Virus record (IMG/VR): IMGVR_UViG_3300028394_000041
Coordinates: 1 to 64,000 of that record
Length of the DNA stretch: 64,000 nt
Source of the DNA: a virus
Strand: one strand, 5' to 3'
Numbering within the stretch: position 1 is the first letter of the stretch; every line of letters begins with the position of its first letter. The position numbers and the translations under genes are program-made. The notes beneath the pieces are model-generated. The model saw only the letters and a program-made list of their open reading frames with translations, was not told where the DNA came from and did no database searches. Shown here piece by piece: positions 27,878 to 37,778 of this stretch.

Positions 27878-28987
27878 TTATTTTCCGTGAGCAAATCCCT
27901 CATACATACTATTTGGACTATTTCTAACAGCTTGTATGGTGTTAATCCATAGACCTCCACGCATATCTTGAATATTTCTAAAGCCAAGGTAACTCATAGC
28001 ACTTCTTAGACCATTAGTAAAATCATATACAATATCTTCAATAGATTTATTTTCAATAATTGGAATTAAAGTATTGTCTCCTTCTACAAATAGATTCTTT
28101 TTTGTTCCGTCATGTAGGTCATAATCTTCAACAACGTCTTGGCTAGCCATTCCTCTATATTTTGCAAATCTTCTGCCGTTAACTTCTATAATATTTTCAT
28201 CATCTACAATATCTGATAGCCCAGCAAAAATTCTACCACAGATAACAGCGTCACATCCACTTGCGATAGCTTTAACTAAATCCTTTGGATATCTAATCCC
28301 TCCATCAGCAAGGATACTTGGTCTATGAGATGGATTAGGTTTATCTTGCTTAAATAAATCAACTTGAGAAAGCTCCCAATTTCTAACCGCTTTCCAAGCA
28401 TAATAATTCCCAGTTAAGCTTGGGCATCCAATTCCAGTCTTGACTTGCGTTAAGCACATAGAGCCTGGCCCGATTAAATGTCTAAAACCGTCTGCTTTAA
28501 GATTAGCTAGTCTATAAACACTTTCTTTTGTCAAAGTATTTCCTACTATAATATCTTGAGAAAATCCAGATGTTTTATACCGTCTTAAGAAGTCTTCTAC
28601 ATTTTTAGATAATCCATTTGCTGTATCTAAAAAGAAAATATCTGTAAATGAACTAGTAGCTCGAATTCTTTCATCTGCATCTTTCAAACCTATAGCTGTC
28701 ACACAGAAGTTGCTTTCATCTTTAATCATTTTGGCTTTAGATTTTTGGTCTTCGATAGACATAAACCTGTGCAAAACTCCAGCCCCGCCTAATTTATTTA
28801 TTTTAATACATGATTTAACTGAAGAGACTGTATCCATTGGTGATAAAATCATTGGGATTTTAATGCTACAGTTTCTTGAAATTTTTGTAGTCGTATCAAC
28901 TTCTTTTCTAGATACTATATCTGAAAAGTTTGGCAATAAAGAAATATCATCATAACTTAACGCTTCCTTGAACTCTTGTTTTTGCAT
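27878..28987 (-). CDS. IMP dehydrogenase / GMP reductase family protein, no CBS domain; probably GMP reductase
   Basis: SPMDTV, IGPGSMCLT, ADGGIR, YRGMAS, EG, GLRSAMSY; flap lacks the Arg-Tyr dyad. Confidence 0.85.
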   Translation of the reverse strand: MQKQEFKEALSYDDISLLPNFSDIVSRKEVDTTTKISRNCSIKIPMILSPMDTVSSVKSCIKINKLGGAGVLHRFMSIEDQKSKAKMIKDESNFCVTAIGLKDADERIRATSSFTDIFFLDTANGLSKNVEDFLRRYKTSGFSQDIIVGNTLTKESVYRLANLKADGFRHLIGPGSMCLTQVKTGIGCPSLTGNYYAWKAVRNWELSQVDLFKQDKPNPSHRPSILADGGIRYPKDLVKAIASGCDAVICGRIFAGLSDIVDDENIIEVNGRRFAKYRGMASQDVVEDYDLHDGTKKNLFVEGDNTLIPIIENKSIEDIVYDFTNGLRSAMSYLGFRNIQDMRGGLWINTIQAVRNSPNSMYEGFAHGK

Positions 28988-29065
28988 TTAAATATACTAC
29001 CATTTAAATATTTTAAAATCAAGATCTTTCTTGACTTATAAACAAAAAACATATAAAATTCAAAA

Positions 29066-29137
29066 ATGGATTTTTGTAATTTATTTTGTATAATTTTCGG
29101 ACTCTCTATTTCTATAATCTGGTATCATAAGAAATGA
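29066..29137 (+). CDS. 23-aa hydrophobic leader peptide
   Basis: TTGACT-17-TAAAAT-6-ATG; MDFCNLFCIIFGLSISIIWYHKK; ATGA overlap with next gene. Confidence 0.55.
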   Translation: MDFCNLFCIIFGLSISIIWYHKK

Positions 29138-29550
29138 AAAACAGACCATCATTTGAAGAGGTTGCATTAGAAACTGCTAAAGTTTGGTCTTTAAGGTCAG
29201 AAGACCCATATAAAAAAGTAGGAGCTTGTGTATTGAATGAAGAAGGTCGAGTTTTATCTGTAGGATATAACGGTTTACCTACCAAGTTTAATTTAAAAAA
29301 AAGATTTTGGGAAGATAGGGACAAAAGAAGAAAATATATGATTCACGCAGAAATCAACGCTTTATCTTTAATCAAAAAATCAGATAAACCATATCTTTTA
29401 GCTTGTACTCTTTTGCCATGCTCATCTTGTGCTACTTCTATTATATCTTATGGAATAAAAAAAGTAATTTACTCTGAAGAATATCATTTAGATAAGAATT
29501 CTCTTGACATTTTCATGTTTTATGGGGTACAATTGAGGAAGTATGAATAA
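29134..29550 (+). CDS. dCMP deaminase
   Basis: SEDP..KVGAC, GYNG, HAEINA, PCSSC. Confidence 0.9.
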   Translation: MKNRPSFEEVALETAKVWSLRSEDPYKKVGACVLNEEGRVLSVGYNGLPTKFNLKKRFWEDRDKRRKYMIHAEINALSLIKKSDKPYLLACTLLPCSSCATSIISYGIKKVIYSEEYHLDKNSLDIFMFYGVQLRKYE

Positions 29551-30100
29551 AAGTAAATTAATAATTGGCTTGCTTATAACATCTGTTAAGTTTTCATTAT
29601 TTGCTCAACAAGGAGTAGTATATGATACTTATAAATATAATCACTACGATACCAATCAATCTCCTGGGTCTATATTTCAAAAACCCTTTCAAGAGTATAA
29701 TTATATTAAAACTAGCAAAGGTATTGAAGTATATGCTACTTACAAATACAATCACTATACTACAAATCAATCTGCGGGTTCTATATTCTCAAAACCATTT
29801 CCAGAGTATTATATAGTAAATGATAAAATTTACAGCACATATAAATATAACGATGGTTCAACTAACGGCTCTCGTGGTTCAGTTTTTAATAGACCTTTTG
29901 AAGAGAAAAATATTAATCCAACTGCGTCTTCAATAAAAGCTGTGATTCTTCAAAAAGACCAATCTAATAGTACAGTATTAAAGACTAAACCCTATCAAGT
30001 GAAAACTACTTATTCAACTTACTCTACATACAAACCCGTGGTACAAAAATATAATGGGCCAACATACGATGGAACAACTTATTCTGAGGGCGGTGAATAA
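29543..30100 (+). CDS. exported protein with three internal repeats
   Basis: signal-like N-terminus; 3x Y.TYKYN...TN.S.GS.F..PF.E. Confidence 0.65.
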   Translation: MNKSKLIIGLLITSVKFSLFAQQGVVYDTYKYNHYDTNQSPGSIFQKPFQEYNYIKTSKGIEVYATYKYNHYTTNQSAGSIFSKPFPEYYIVNDKIYSTYKYNDGSTNGSRGSVFNRPFEEKNINPTASSIKAVILQKDQSNSTVLKTKPYQVKTTYSTYSTYKPVVQKYNGPTYDGTTYSEGGE

Positions 30101-30690
30101 TGTTAATAGGACTAACTGGAGTTGCTAGATCTGGAAAAGATACATTCTTTTCTATTCTTAAAAAATACTTGGAAGAGAAGAACATAAAATCTGAGCGATT
30201 AGCTTTTGCTGATAATCTTAAACTAGAACTATACGACTTTACTAAACAAAATTTTAAAATAGACTTATTTAAATGCGATATAGAGCAAAAAGAAATGGTG
30301 AGACCATTAATGGTCGCTTATGGAAAATGCAGGAGATCTCAAAGTGAAGGCAAATATTGGACATCTTTGCTTGACCCAAAAATTAAAGATTTACAAAAAA
30401 GCAACGTACTTCCTATAATTACAGACGTTAGATATATTGAATATCGAGATGATGAATATTCTTGGCTAAAATCTCATGATGGAATATTAATCCATATATC
30501 ACGAAAATTAGATGATGGAAGTTTTATACCTCCAGCTAATGTAGAAGAAAAAGCTAATGATAATAAATTAAAAGCTGTAGCTGATATGTCAATATCTTGG
30601 GAAACTTGTCAAGATCCAAATTTCCTTTATGATTTAATGCAGAAACAACTCAAGGCTGTATACGAGAAATACTTAATAAATAAAAAATAA
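30100..30690 (+). CDS. deoxynucleoside monophosphate kinase
   Basis: GLTGVARSGKDT, AFAD.LK, IITDVRY..E. Confidence 0.8.
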   Translation: MLIGLTGVARSGKDTFFSILKKYLEEKNIKSERLAFADNLKLELYDFTKQNFKIDLFKCDIEQKEMVRPLMVAYGKCRRSQSEGKYWTSLLDPKIKDLQKSNVLPIITDVRYIEYRDDEYSWLKSHDGILIHISRKLDDGSFIPPANVEEKANDNKLKAVADMSISWETCQDPNFLYDLMQKQLKAVYEKYLINKK

Positions 30691-30693
30691 TAT

Positions 30694-31290
30694 ATGAAAA
30701 TACAAAACGAAACGGATAATATCCTAATTAAAAATATAAAAGAAAAAAATGATGAGGACTCTTTAAAAACCCTCATAGAAAGACATGCTGGACTATGTAA
30801 CTCTTTATATAGAAAATACTCTGTTCCACTTCAAGCTTCTGGAGCTTTTTTGGAAGACGTAATTCAACAAAAAGATTATGTCGTTTATAAATCTGCATTA
30901 TCTTTTGATGAAGAAAAGAACTCTAAATTTTCTACATGGCTTTATAATCAAATAAGATATCAATGCTTAAATTCGATTAACGAAAATAGTCGATATTTGA
31001 CCCTAGAAACAGAAAAGTTAAATTATTTAATAGAAAAGAATACTAAACCCGTGGAAGAGCATAAGACTATTAGTGAATATATATTTAATATTATAAACTC
31101 TTGCTCTGACGAAAGGGTTAACAAGATTTTTAAAATGAGATATTTGAATAGCGCTAATAAAAAGATGGCTTGGAGTAAAATAGCTAAAAGTTTAAATATA
31201 AGTACTCAAACGGTAATTAATATCCACAATAAGACTTTAAAATTATTAAAAAATAAGATTCAAAGTAAAAATTGTTTTGACAAAATCTAA
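30694..31290 (+). CDS. RNA polymerase sigma70-family factor
   Basis: region 2 FDEEKNSKFSTWLYNQIR; region 4 HTH WSKIAKSLNISTQTVINIHNKTL. Confidence 0.85.
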   Translation: MKIQNETDNILIKNIKEKNDEDSLKTLIERHAGLCNSLYRKYSVPLQASGAFLEDVIQQKDYVVYKSALSFDEEKNSKFSTWLYNQIRYQCLNSINENSRYLTLETEKLNYLIEKNTKPVEEHKTISEYIFNIINSCSDERVNKIFKMRYLNSANKKMAWSKIAKSLNISTQTVINIHNKTLKLLKNKIQSKNCFDKI

Positions 31291-31313
31291 TAAAGGAAGT
31301 ATTATATACGAAT

Positions 31314-31616
31314 ATGAATAACACAACTCAAAATACAAATAAAAACCAAAATGAACTTGGTGCATTATGGAAGAAGAAAAGTAAAACAGGATTATCATTC
31401 CTATCTGGTTATATTAATGACCATGATGGGCAAAGGATTGATGTCGTTGTTTTCGCTAATAGCAAGAAGACTAATGAAAAGGCTCCAGACTATAGACTAT
31501 ATGTTTCAAAACCTATGGAACCAAAGTCTTCTGATCAAGTCGCTCCAAAAACTCCTGCAAAGATCGTTCAAAAATCTAAACCAGTGGTAGAAGAAGTCGA
31601 AGATGATCTCCTATGA
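31314..31616 (+). CDS. DUF736-like protein (possible ssDNA binding)
   Basis: GALWKK.SK.G..FLSG, K...KAPDYR, acidic C-terminus. Confidence 0.65.
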   Translation: MNNTTQNTNKNQNELGALWKKKSKTGLSFLSGYINDHDGQRIDVVVFANSKKTNEKAPDYRLYVSKPMEPKSSDQVAPKTPAKIVQKSKPVVEEVEDDLL

Positions 31617-32698
31617 GGTTAAATCTTAATTTACCGATTAATTCTGTAAGTTTTGGCCAATTATCTACATTACTACTAAGGGAACTGTTTGAATCTAAAA
31701 AAGATATCAATCTATTTCCGATAGGTAATGTAGACTTGAGCACCCAAAATTCCTTAACAAAGGAGTTTGGAGAATTTTTAAACCAAGGTATCGGTTCAGC
31801 TTTAAATGACTTTGATAGACATTCAACTATATTTAAATTATGGCATTTAAATGGCTCATTAGAAAGTTTCGCTAACAAACAGGTTCTTCTTAGTTTTTAC
31901 GAATTAGATTCTCCAACTAAAATTGAACTAAATATTATCAAGAATAACCATAAAGTCCTTTTCTCTTCTAAAGAAACAGTAGACTTGTTTAAAACTTTTG
32001 GATGTTCTAATGTAGAATACCTTCCATTAGCTTTTGATAAATATAACTTCAATAAAGTAGATAAGAAGTATTTTGATGACGATAGAATCGTATTTAATTT
32101 AACTGGAAAATTAGAAAAAAGAAAACACCATTTAAAATTAATAAAAGCTTGGGCTAATAAATTTGGTAACAATAAGAAATATTCACTACAATGTTCCATA
32201 TTTAATCCATTTTTAAAACCTGAAGATCAGACAGCTTTACTCTCGAATACTTTAGAAGGAAAGAACTATTTTAATATTTCTTTTTTGGGCTTTATGTCTC
32301 AAAATAAGATTTATAATGATTATCTTAATAGCAGCGATATTATAATTGGATTAAGCGGTGGAGAAGGTTGGGGACTACCAGAATTTCATTCTGTAGCATT
32401 AGGAAAACATGGAGTAATTATGAATGCTCACGGATATAAGTCTTGGGCAAATGAGGAAAATTCTATTTTAGTAAATCCTAACTGTAAAATAGATGCTTGT
32501 GATAATGTATTTTTTCAGAGAAATCAACCATTTAATCAAGGAAATATCTACGACTTTAGCGAAGATGATTTTATCAGTGCTTGTGAAAAAGCTATAGAAA
32601 AAGTAAGAATTTCTAAAGTCAATCAAGAAGGGTTAAAACTTCAAACAGAGTTTTCTTCTGAAAAATTCGCAGAGAATATATCTAAACTTGTAATTTAA
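31613..32698 (+). CDS. GT-B (GT4-like) glycosyltransferase
   Basis: GKLEKRKH, SGGEGWGLPEF motif. Confidence 0.8.
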   Translation: MRLNLNLPINSVSFGQLSTLLLRELFESKKDINLFPIGNVDLSTQNSLTKEFGEFLNQGIGSALNDFDRHSTIFKLWHLNGSLESFANKQVLLSFYELDSPTKIELNIIKNNHKVLFSSKETVDLFKTFGCSNVEYLPLAFDKYNFNKVDKKYFDDDRIVFNLTGKLEKRKHHLKLIKAWANKFGNNKKYSLQCSIFNPFLKPEDQTALLSNTLEGKNYFNISFLGFMSQNKIYNDYLNSSDIIIGLSGGEGWGLPEFHSVALGKHGVIMNAHGYKSWANEENSILVNPNCKIDACDNVFFQRNQPFNQGNIYDFSEDDFISACEKAIEKVRISKVNQEGLKLQTEFSSEKFAENISKLVI

Positions 32699-33045
32699 TG
32701 CCTTTTTATAGCTATATAAATCCAGAAACCGAAGAAGTAATAGATATTGTTCAATCTATTCATGAAGATCATTTTTATGTTGATAAAAATGGATTAAAAT
32801 GGCATAGAGTTTTTACTGCACCAGAAATAAATACTCAAGGCCAGTTAAAAGCTACCTCTTCTCAAAAAGATTTTGTAGAATTTACTAAGAATAAAAAAGA
32901 TAGCATGGGCGATTTGTGGGACAGAAGCGAAGAACTTTCAGAGAAAAGAAGAAAAATCTATGGTAAAGACCCAGTAAAAGAAAAGTATTACAAGGATTGG
33001 TCTAAGAAAAGAAAAGGCAAAGTACACCCAAAAAAAACTGATTGA
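32698..33045 (+). CDS. FmdB-like conserved phage protein
   Basis: MPFYSY...RVFTAP...GDLWDRS.ELSEKR. Confidence 0.6.
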   Translation: MPFYSYINPETEEVIDIVQSIHEDHFYVDKNGLKWHRVFTAPEINTQGQLKATSSQKDFVEFTKNKKDSMGDLWDRSEELSEKRRKIYGKDPVKEKYYKDWSKKRKGKVHPKKTD

Positions 33046-33124
33046 TTTTTCGTTTAACTTTTTTTTATTTTTCTTTATTTATTTTTAAAAACACTGTAAT
33101 ATAGAGCAATCACTACTCTATAAA

Positions 33125-35371
33125 ATGAACGTTAAAAAAAGAAACAACACTACTGAAAAATTTGATATAGAAAAAATTAACAAGGTAATTAATTGGGCTA
33201 TAGATGGATACAGCGGAGTAAGTTTAACAGACATAGAAATTAACGCTAAGATTAATATAACTGATGGAGTTCATACAAAAGAGATTCATAGTTTATTAAT
33301 TGAAAGTGCAGCAAATTTAATCTCCATAGAAAAACCAAACTATCAATATGTTGCAGCTAGGCTTCTTAATTATCAATTAAGAAAAGATGTTTGGAAGGGT
33401 AAACATGCTCCAAGACTTTCTGAATTTATAAATAATGGTTTAAAGAATAAAATCTATGACCCAATTATCTTAGAAAAATACACAGAAGATGAAATAAACA
33501 AACTAGGCGAAATTATAGATCACGAAAGAGACTTTATCTTTACCTATGCTGGTATAAAACAATTATGTGATAAATATTTAATAAAAAATAGAACTACTCA
33601 ACAGATTTATGAAACTCCACAATTTGCATATATATTAATTTCTGCATATGCATTTATTAATTATCCTACTGAAACTAGGTTGTCTTACGTTAGAAAATTT
33701 TACGATGCTATTAGTAAGCATAAGATAAATTTACCAACTCCAATCATGGCAGGAGTAAGAACTTCTAGTAAAAATTATGCAAGTTGTTGTTTAATTGGAG
33801 TAGACGATACAAGAGAAAGTATAACTGCTAGTGCTACTGCGGTTAGTATGGCTACAGCTAATAGATGTGGTATTGGAATTGATGTTAGCAAGATTAGAGC
33901 AATTGGCGCACCAATCAAAAACGGAGAAGTCGTTCATACTGGTTTAATTCCATTCTTAAAAATTTATGAGAGTAGCGTGAAAGCTTGGCAACAAAATGGT
34001 TTAAGAGGTGGAAGTGCTACTTGTAATATACAATGGTGGCATTATGAAATTGAAGATATTATTGTATTGAAAAATAACGCTGGAACAGATGATAATCGTG
34101 TTCGTAAACTTGATTATACAGTTGGGATGAGTAAATTATTTTATGATAGAGTTTTGAAAGACGAAGACGTAGTACTATTTAATACTGTTGAAGTACCAGA
34201 ACTTTATCAAGCTTGGGGAACAAAAGACTTTGATAAGATTTATAAAGAGTGTGAATCTAAAAAATTAAAAATTAAAAAGAAGATATCTGCCAGAAAATTA
34301 TTCTCTTTAATTATTAAAGAAAGAGTCGAAACTGGAAGAATTTATATTTTAAATGTAGATCATGCTAATAATCATGGCGCATGGTCTGATAAAGTCACCA
34401 TGAGTAATCTTTGCACAGAAGTCATCCATCCTACAATCCCACTTAACGATTACCATGATAAAGATGCAGAAATTGGTATGTGTATCCTTTCGGCTGTTAA
34501 TATGCTAGAAATAAAAAATTGGCAAGATTTAGAAAAAGTTTGTGATTTGATCGTAAGATTCCTTGAAGAAATTATAGATATTCAAGACTACTTTAATACT
34601 GCTGCTGAAAATTTTGCTAAAAAACGTAGAAGCCTTGGAGTTGGAATTACCAATCTCGCAGCTTTTCTTGCTAAAAATGAATTAAAATATAATTCAGATA
34701 AATCTCTTCCAGCAATAGATGAATGGATGGAACATTTTCAGTATTATCTTTTGAAAAGCAGTTGCCAGTTAGCTAAAGAAAAAGGCAAATGCGAAAAGTT
34801 TGAAAACACAAAATACTCTAAAGGTATCCTACCAATAGATACATATAAAGATAAAGTAGATGAATTAGTTAAAAGAAAACTGTCACTTGATTGGGAAAAG
34901 CTGAGAAAAGATATCAAAGAATTTGGCTTAAGGCATTCCACATTATCTTCTTGTATGCCTTGCGAGAGTAGTTCTGTAATTCAATCATCCACAAATGGAG
35001 TTGAACCTATTCGTAGTCTTATCACTTATAAAACCAGCAAAATGGGCAAGCTTCCAGTTATGGTTCCAGGAATTGGAAAGTATGATCATAATTATGAATT
35101 AGCTTTTGATTTTAAAGATAATTTAGGTTTATTGAAAATTAACGCAGTGATTCAAAAATATATTGATATGGCTATTTCTACTAATGTATACTATAATTAT
35201 AGTCATTATGATAACCATATATTACCAGATAGCAAAGTTATGAAAGAGATAATGTATGCTTATAGCCTTGGATTAATTAGTTTGTATTATAATAATACAG
35301 ACGATGGTGATAAAGAGCAGTCTATGACACAGAAAGAAGATGACTGCGCTAGTGGAGCTTGCAAATTATGA
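33125..35371 (+). CDS. nrdA: ribonucleotide reductase class Ia alpha subunit with ATP cone
   Basis: VKKRN ATP cone, TPIMAG, SCC, SNLCTE, TNGVEP, SLYY, C-terminal CASGAC. Confidence 0.96.
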   Translation: MNVKKRNNTTEKFDIEKINKVINWAIDGYSGVSLTDIEINAKINITDGVHTKEIHSLLIESAANLISIEKPNYQYVAARLLNYQLRKDVWKGKHAPRLSEFINNGLKNKIYDPIILEKYTEDEINKLGEIIDHERDFIFTYAGIKQLCDKYLIKNRTTQQIYETPQFAYILISAYAFINYPTETRLSYVRKFYDAISKHKINLPTPIMAGVRTSSKNYASCCLIGVDDTRESITASATAVSMATANRCGIGIDVSKIRAIGAPIKNGEVVHTGLIPFLKIYESSVKAWQQNGLRGGSATCNIQWWHYEIEDIIVLKNNAGTDDNRVRKLDYTVGMSKLFYDRVLKDEDVVLFNTVEVPELYQAWGTKDFDKIYKECESKKLKIKKKISARKLFSLIIKERVETGRIYILNVDHANNHGAWSDKVTMSNLCTEVIHPTIPLNDYHDKDAEIGMCILSAVNMLEIKNWQDLEKVCDLIVRFLEEIIDIQDYFNTAAENFAKKRRSLGVGITNLAAFLAKNELKYNSDKSLPAIDEWMEHFQYYLLKSSCQLAKEKGKCEKFENTKYSKGILPIDTYKDKVDELVKRKLSLDWEKLRKDIKEFGLRHSTLSSCMPCESSSVIQSSTNGVEPIRSLITYKTSKMGKLPVMVPGIGKYDHNYELAFDFKDNLGLLKINAVIQKYIDMAISTNVYYNYSHYDNHILPDSKVMKEIMYAYSLGLISLYYNNTDDGDKEQSMTQKEDDCASGACKL

Positions 35372-36432
35372 AAAGTGTATTAAATTTTAAAAATATAGAT
35401 TTTACTAAACAGCCATTGTTTCTTGGTGAAGATTTAAATTTACAAAGATACGATAGGTTTAAATATCCAATATTTTTCGAGTTATTCAAAAAACAAAATG
35501 AAAACTTTTGGTGGCCTCACGAAATAGCTTTAGGAAAAGATAGAAGCGATTATAAGAATTTAACTGATACAGAAAGGTTTGTATTTGATAGTAATTTAAG
35601 ATTTCAAACTCTTGGGGACAGTATGCTTTCTAGAAGTATTCATAGCCTTAAAGATTATGTAAGTAATCCAGAGCTTGAAATTTGTATGAATACTTGGGCT
35701 CAATTTGAAGGTATCCATAGTTATTCTTATTCTTATCTTTTGAATAATGTTCATCCAGATCCTACAAAATTTTTTGATAGCATAATGGAAGATAAAGAAA
35801 TAACAAGTCGCGCTCAATTAATTAGAGATAATTTTGATAAAATTCTTGGTAGCGATGATAAGAAAGACCCTAAACAAAAGATTTTTGATGCGATTCTTTC
35901 TATTAATGTAATGGAAGGTCTTGTGTTTTATGTTTCTTTTGCTTGTTCATTCTATTTTGGATATCGTGGTAAAATGGAAGGTAATTCTAAAATTATAAAA
36001 TTCATTCAAAGAGATGAGGCTTTACATTTTGCCGTGTCTCAAAATCTATTAAAGATACTTCGTGATGAAGATAAAGAGGGTTTTACTTCTCTCGTAAAGA
36101 AAAATGAAGATAAGATCTACGCTTTCTATGAGCAGGCAGCAAAGAATGAAAGTGAGTGGTCTAAGTATCTCTTCAGTAATGGCAGTTTACTTGGATTAAA
36201 TGCTGATGTCCTAGATGGCTACTCTAAGTGGCTTTGTGATAGTAGATTAAGAAGTTTAGGATACAAGAAGATATTTAATCAAAAAGATAATCCTATTGCT
36301 GGTTGGCATGATAGTTACTTAGATAGTAGTAAAGTACAAGTTGCACCACAAGAAACAGAGATATCAAGTTATAAAGTAGGAGCAAGGAAAACTGATATTG
36401 AAGACAAAGATTTCTCTGATTTAAAACTATAA
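35368..36432 (+). CDS. nrdB: ribonucleotide reductase class Ia beta subunit
   Basis: QTLGDS, EGIHSYSY (radical Tyr), EGLVFY, RDEALH, APQETEISSY. Confidence 0.95.
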   Translation: MKSVLNFKNIDFTKQPLFLGEDLNLQRYDRFKYPIFFELFKKQNENFWWPHEIALGKDRSDYKNLTDTERFVFDSNLRFQTLGDSMLSRSIHSLKDYVSNPELEICMNTWAQFEGIHSYSYSYLLNNVHPDPTKFFDSIMEDKEITSRAQLIRDNFDKILGSDDKKDPKQKIFDAILSINVMEGLVFYVSFACSFYFGYRGKMEGNSKIIKFIQRDEALHFAVSQNLLKILRDEDKEGFTSLVKKNEDKIYAFYEQAAKNESEWSKYLFSNGSLLGLNADVLDGYSKWLCDSRLRSLGYKKIFNQKDNPIAGWHDSYLDSSKVQVAPQETEISSYKVGARKTDIEDKDFSDLKL

Positions 36433-36459
36433 TAGTATATATAATGTGTAATTATCTAT

Positions 36460-36789
36460 GTGAATTTAGATATTACAATTATATTTAATTTGGTCTTAGG
36501 AGCACTTTCTTTTCTAGGAGGATGGCTATTTACTAGAGTATTTTCTCTTTTTGATAAACAAGAGAACTTAATGAAAGATATAAACGATAAGACGTTTAGT
36601 GATTTTATTACTTTAAGAAGAGAATTAGAAGTCGAATCTAGAAAACATCAGCAAGAGTTAGCGGATTTAGCATTAAAAGTTAGCACAACATACATGACCA
36701 AAGAATCTTTTGAAGTCTATTTTGATAGAATTGAAGCTAAGTTAGATCGTAATTTTGATATAGTACAAAGTCATTTAAATAAAAAATAA
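36460..36789 (+). CDS. membrane-anchored coiled-coil protein (holin-like?)
   Basis: single N-terminal TM and coiled coil; GTGTAA 8 nt upstream. Confidence 0.55.
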   Translation: MNLDITIIFNLVLGALSFLGGWLFTRVFSLFDKQENLMKDINDKTFSDFITLRRELEVESRKHQQELADLALKVSTTYMTKESFEVYFDRIEAKLDRNFDIVQSHLNKK

Positions 36790-36807
36790 ATTCAATATTG
36801 CAATCTT

Positions 36808-37458
36808 TTAACGATTAAAATATTTTTTCATATCATTATAACACCATGAAAGCATTAAGCTTTCTTTTGTTTTTAAATTTTCACTATAAACTTTATGAAG
36901 ATATTCTATTTCATCTATAGTTTTTCTATATAAAGTCGGCCAAATATCAAAAAAGATAGTATCAAATTTTTCTTTTAGCTCTCTATAATATGTAAAAGCA
37001 TCACCATGTACGATTGAGACTTTATTATGGATGTCTCTTTCTTTTATATACGGAGATATTAATTCAATTAACTCTTTATCGAGTTCTACTATTTTTATAG
37101 AATTTACAGTAGGATCATCTAGTAATGGAAATATAACTATACCTAATCCTAAACCAAAATTCAAAATGTCTCCATAAGATTGATCTAAAAAATCTTTACA
37201 TGAAACAATCTCACTAGCATGACTAGACATCATTGTTCCGTACTCTTTATGTACTAAAGCTATATAATCTTTTCCAATATCTTGTTCACTTTCTTTTCTA
37301 TATATCCAATGAAGAGGATATAAATCTTTATCTTTAGGATCTTCTTTTGGTGTCCAATAATCATGGTCTTTTTTTCCCCAAGTAGCTTTTATTAATTTAA
37401 AATTCTTAATTTCAGCATTTGAAGGATATATATTATTTATATCTATTACTTCTCTCAT
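36808..37458 (-). CDS. class I SAM-dependent methyltransferase (spermidine synthase-like fold)
   Basis: ILNFGLGLG, IVELD, HGDA, FDTIFFDIW. Confidence 0.8.
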   Translation of the reverse strand: MREVIDINNIYPSNAEIKNFKLIKATWGKKDHDYWTPKEDPKDKDLYPLHWIYRKESEQDIGKDYIALVHKEYGTMMSSHASEIVSCKDFLDQSYGDILNFGLGLGIVIFPLLDDPTVNSIKIVELDKELIELISPYIKERDIHNKVSIVHGDAFTYYRELKEKFDTIFFDIWPTLYRKTIDEIEYLHKVYSENLKTKESLMLSWCYNDMKKYFNR

Positions 37459-37535
37459 AATATTAACTTTTCTTTGATATCCAAAAGGGCTTTACCTCCA
37501 TATGAAATATATTATATGAAGTTTTTATTTATCAA

Positions 37536-37778
37536 TCCAACTTTTCTTTTGACTCCAAATTTTACCGCTATCTCAGCAGTAAACGGGCCATCGCACTTAC
37601 GGATCAGAGGTAGCTTCGATCACTACATTCTGCGATGCCTATAGCTACATTCCCTTTATTAGCCATATAATGTACATATAAAGGTTTTAATAGTTGTCAG
37701 CCCTTATGACATTGCTATCTCAAGGGATTGATAGTTGATTGTTTGACATCAACAAACTGCTCTAATTGGGAACTATGT
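37536..37778 (-). ncRNA. unassigned multi-helix structured RNA (~240 nt)
   Basis: TTGACA-17-TAATAT promoter (37785-37813) with no ATG at +1; several stems, a GCAA loop and a GAGAU loop; no ORF in the track. Confidence 0.65.

Noticed and set aside
33088-33122. NrdR box upstream of nrdA
   Set aside because: Only loose similarity to the consensus and no tandem pair
37536-37778. RNase P RNA, group I intron, hammerhead or SAM-I riboswitch
   Set aside because: No GAGGAAAGUCC, no canonical GACUA/UAGUC P7 in the expected order, no CUGANGA...GAAA core and no SAM-I core; only short chance-level matches
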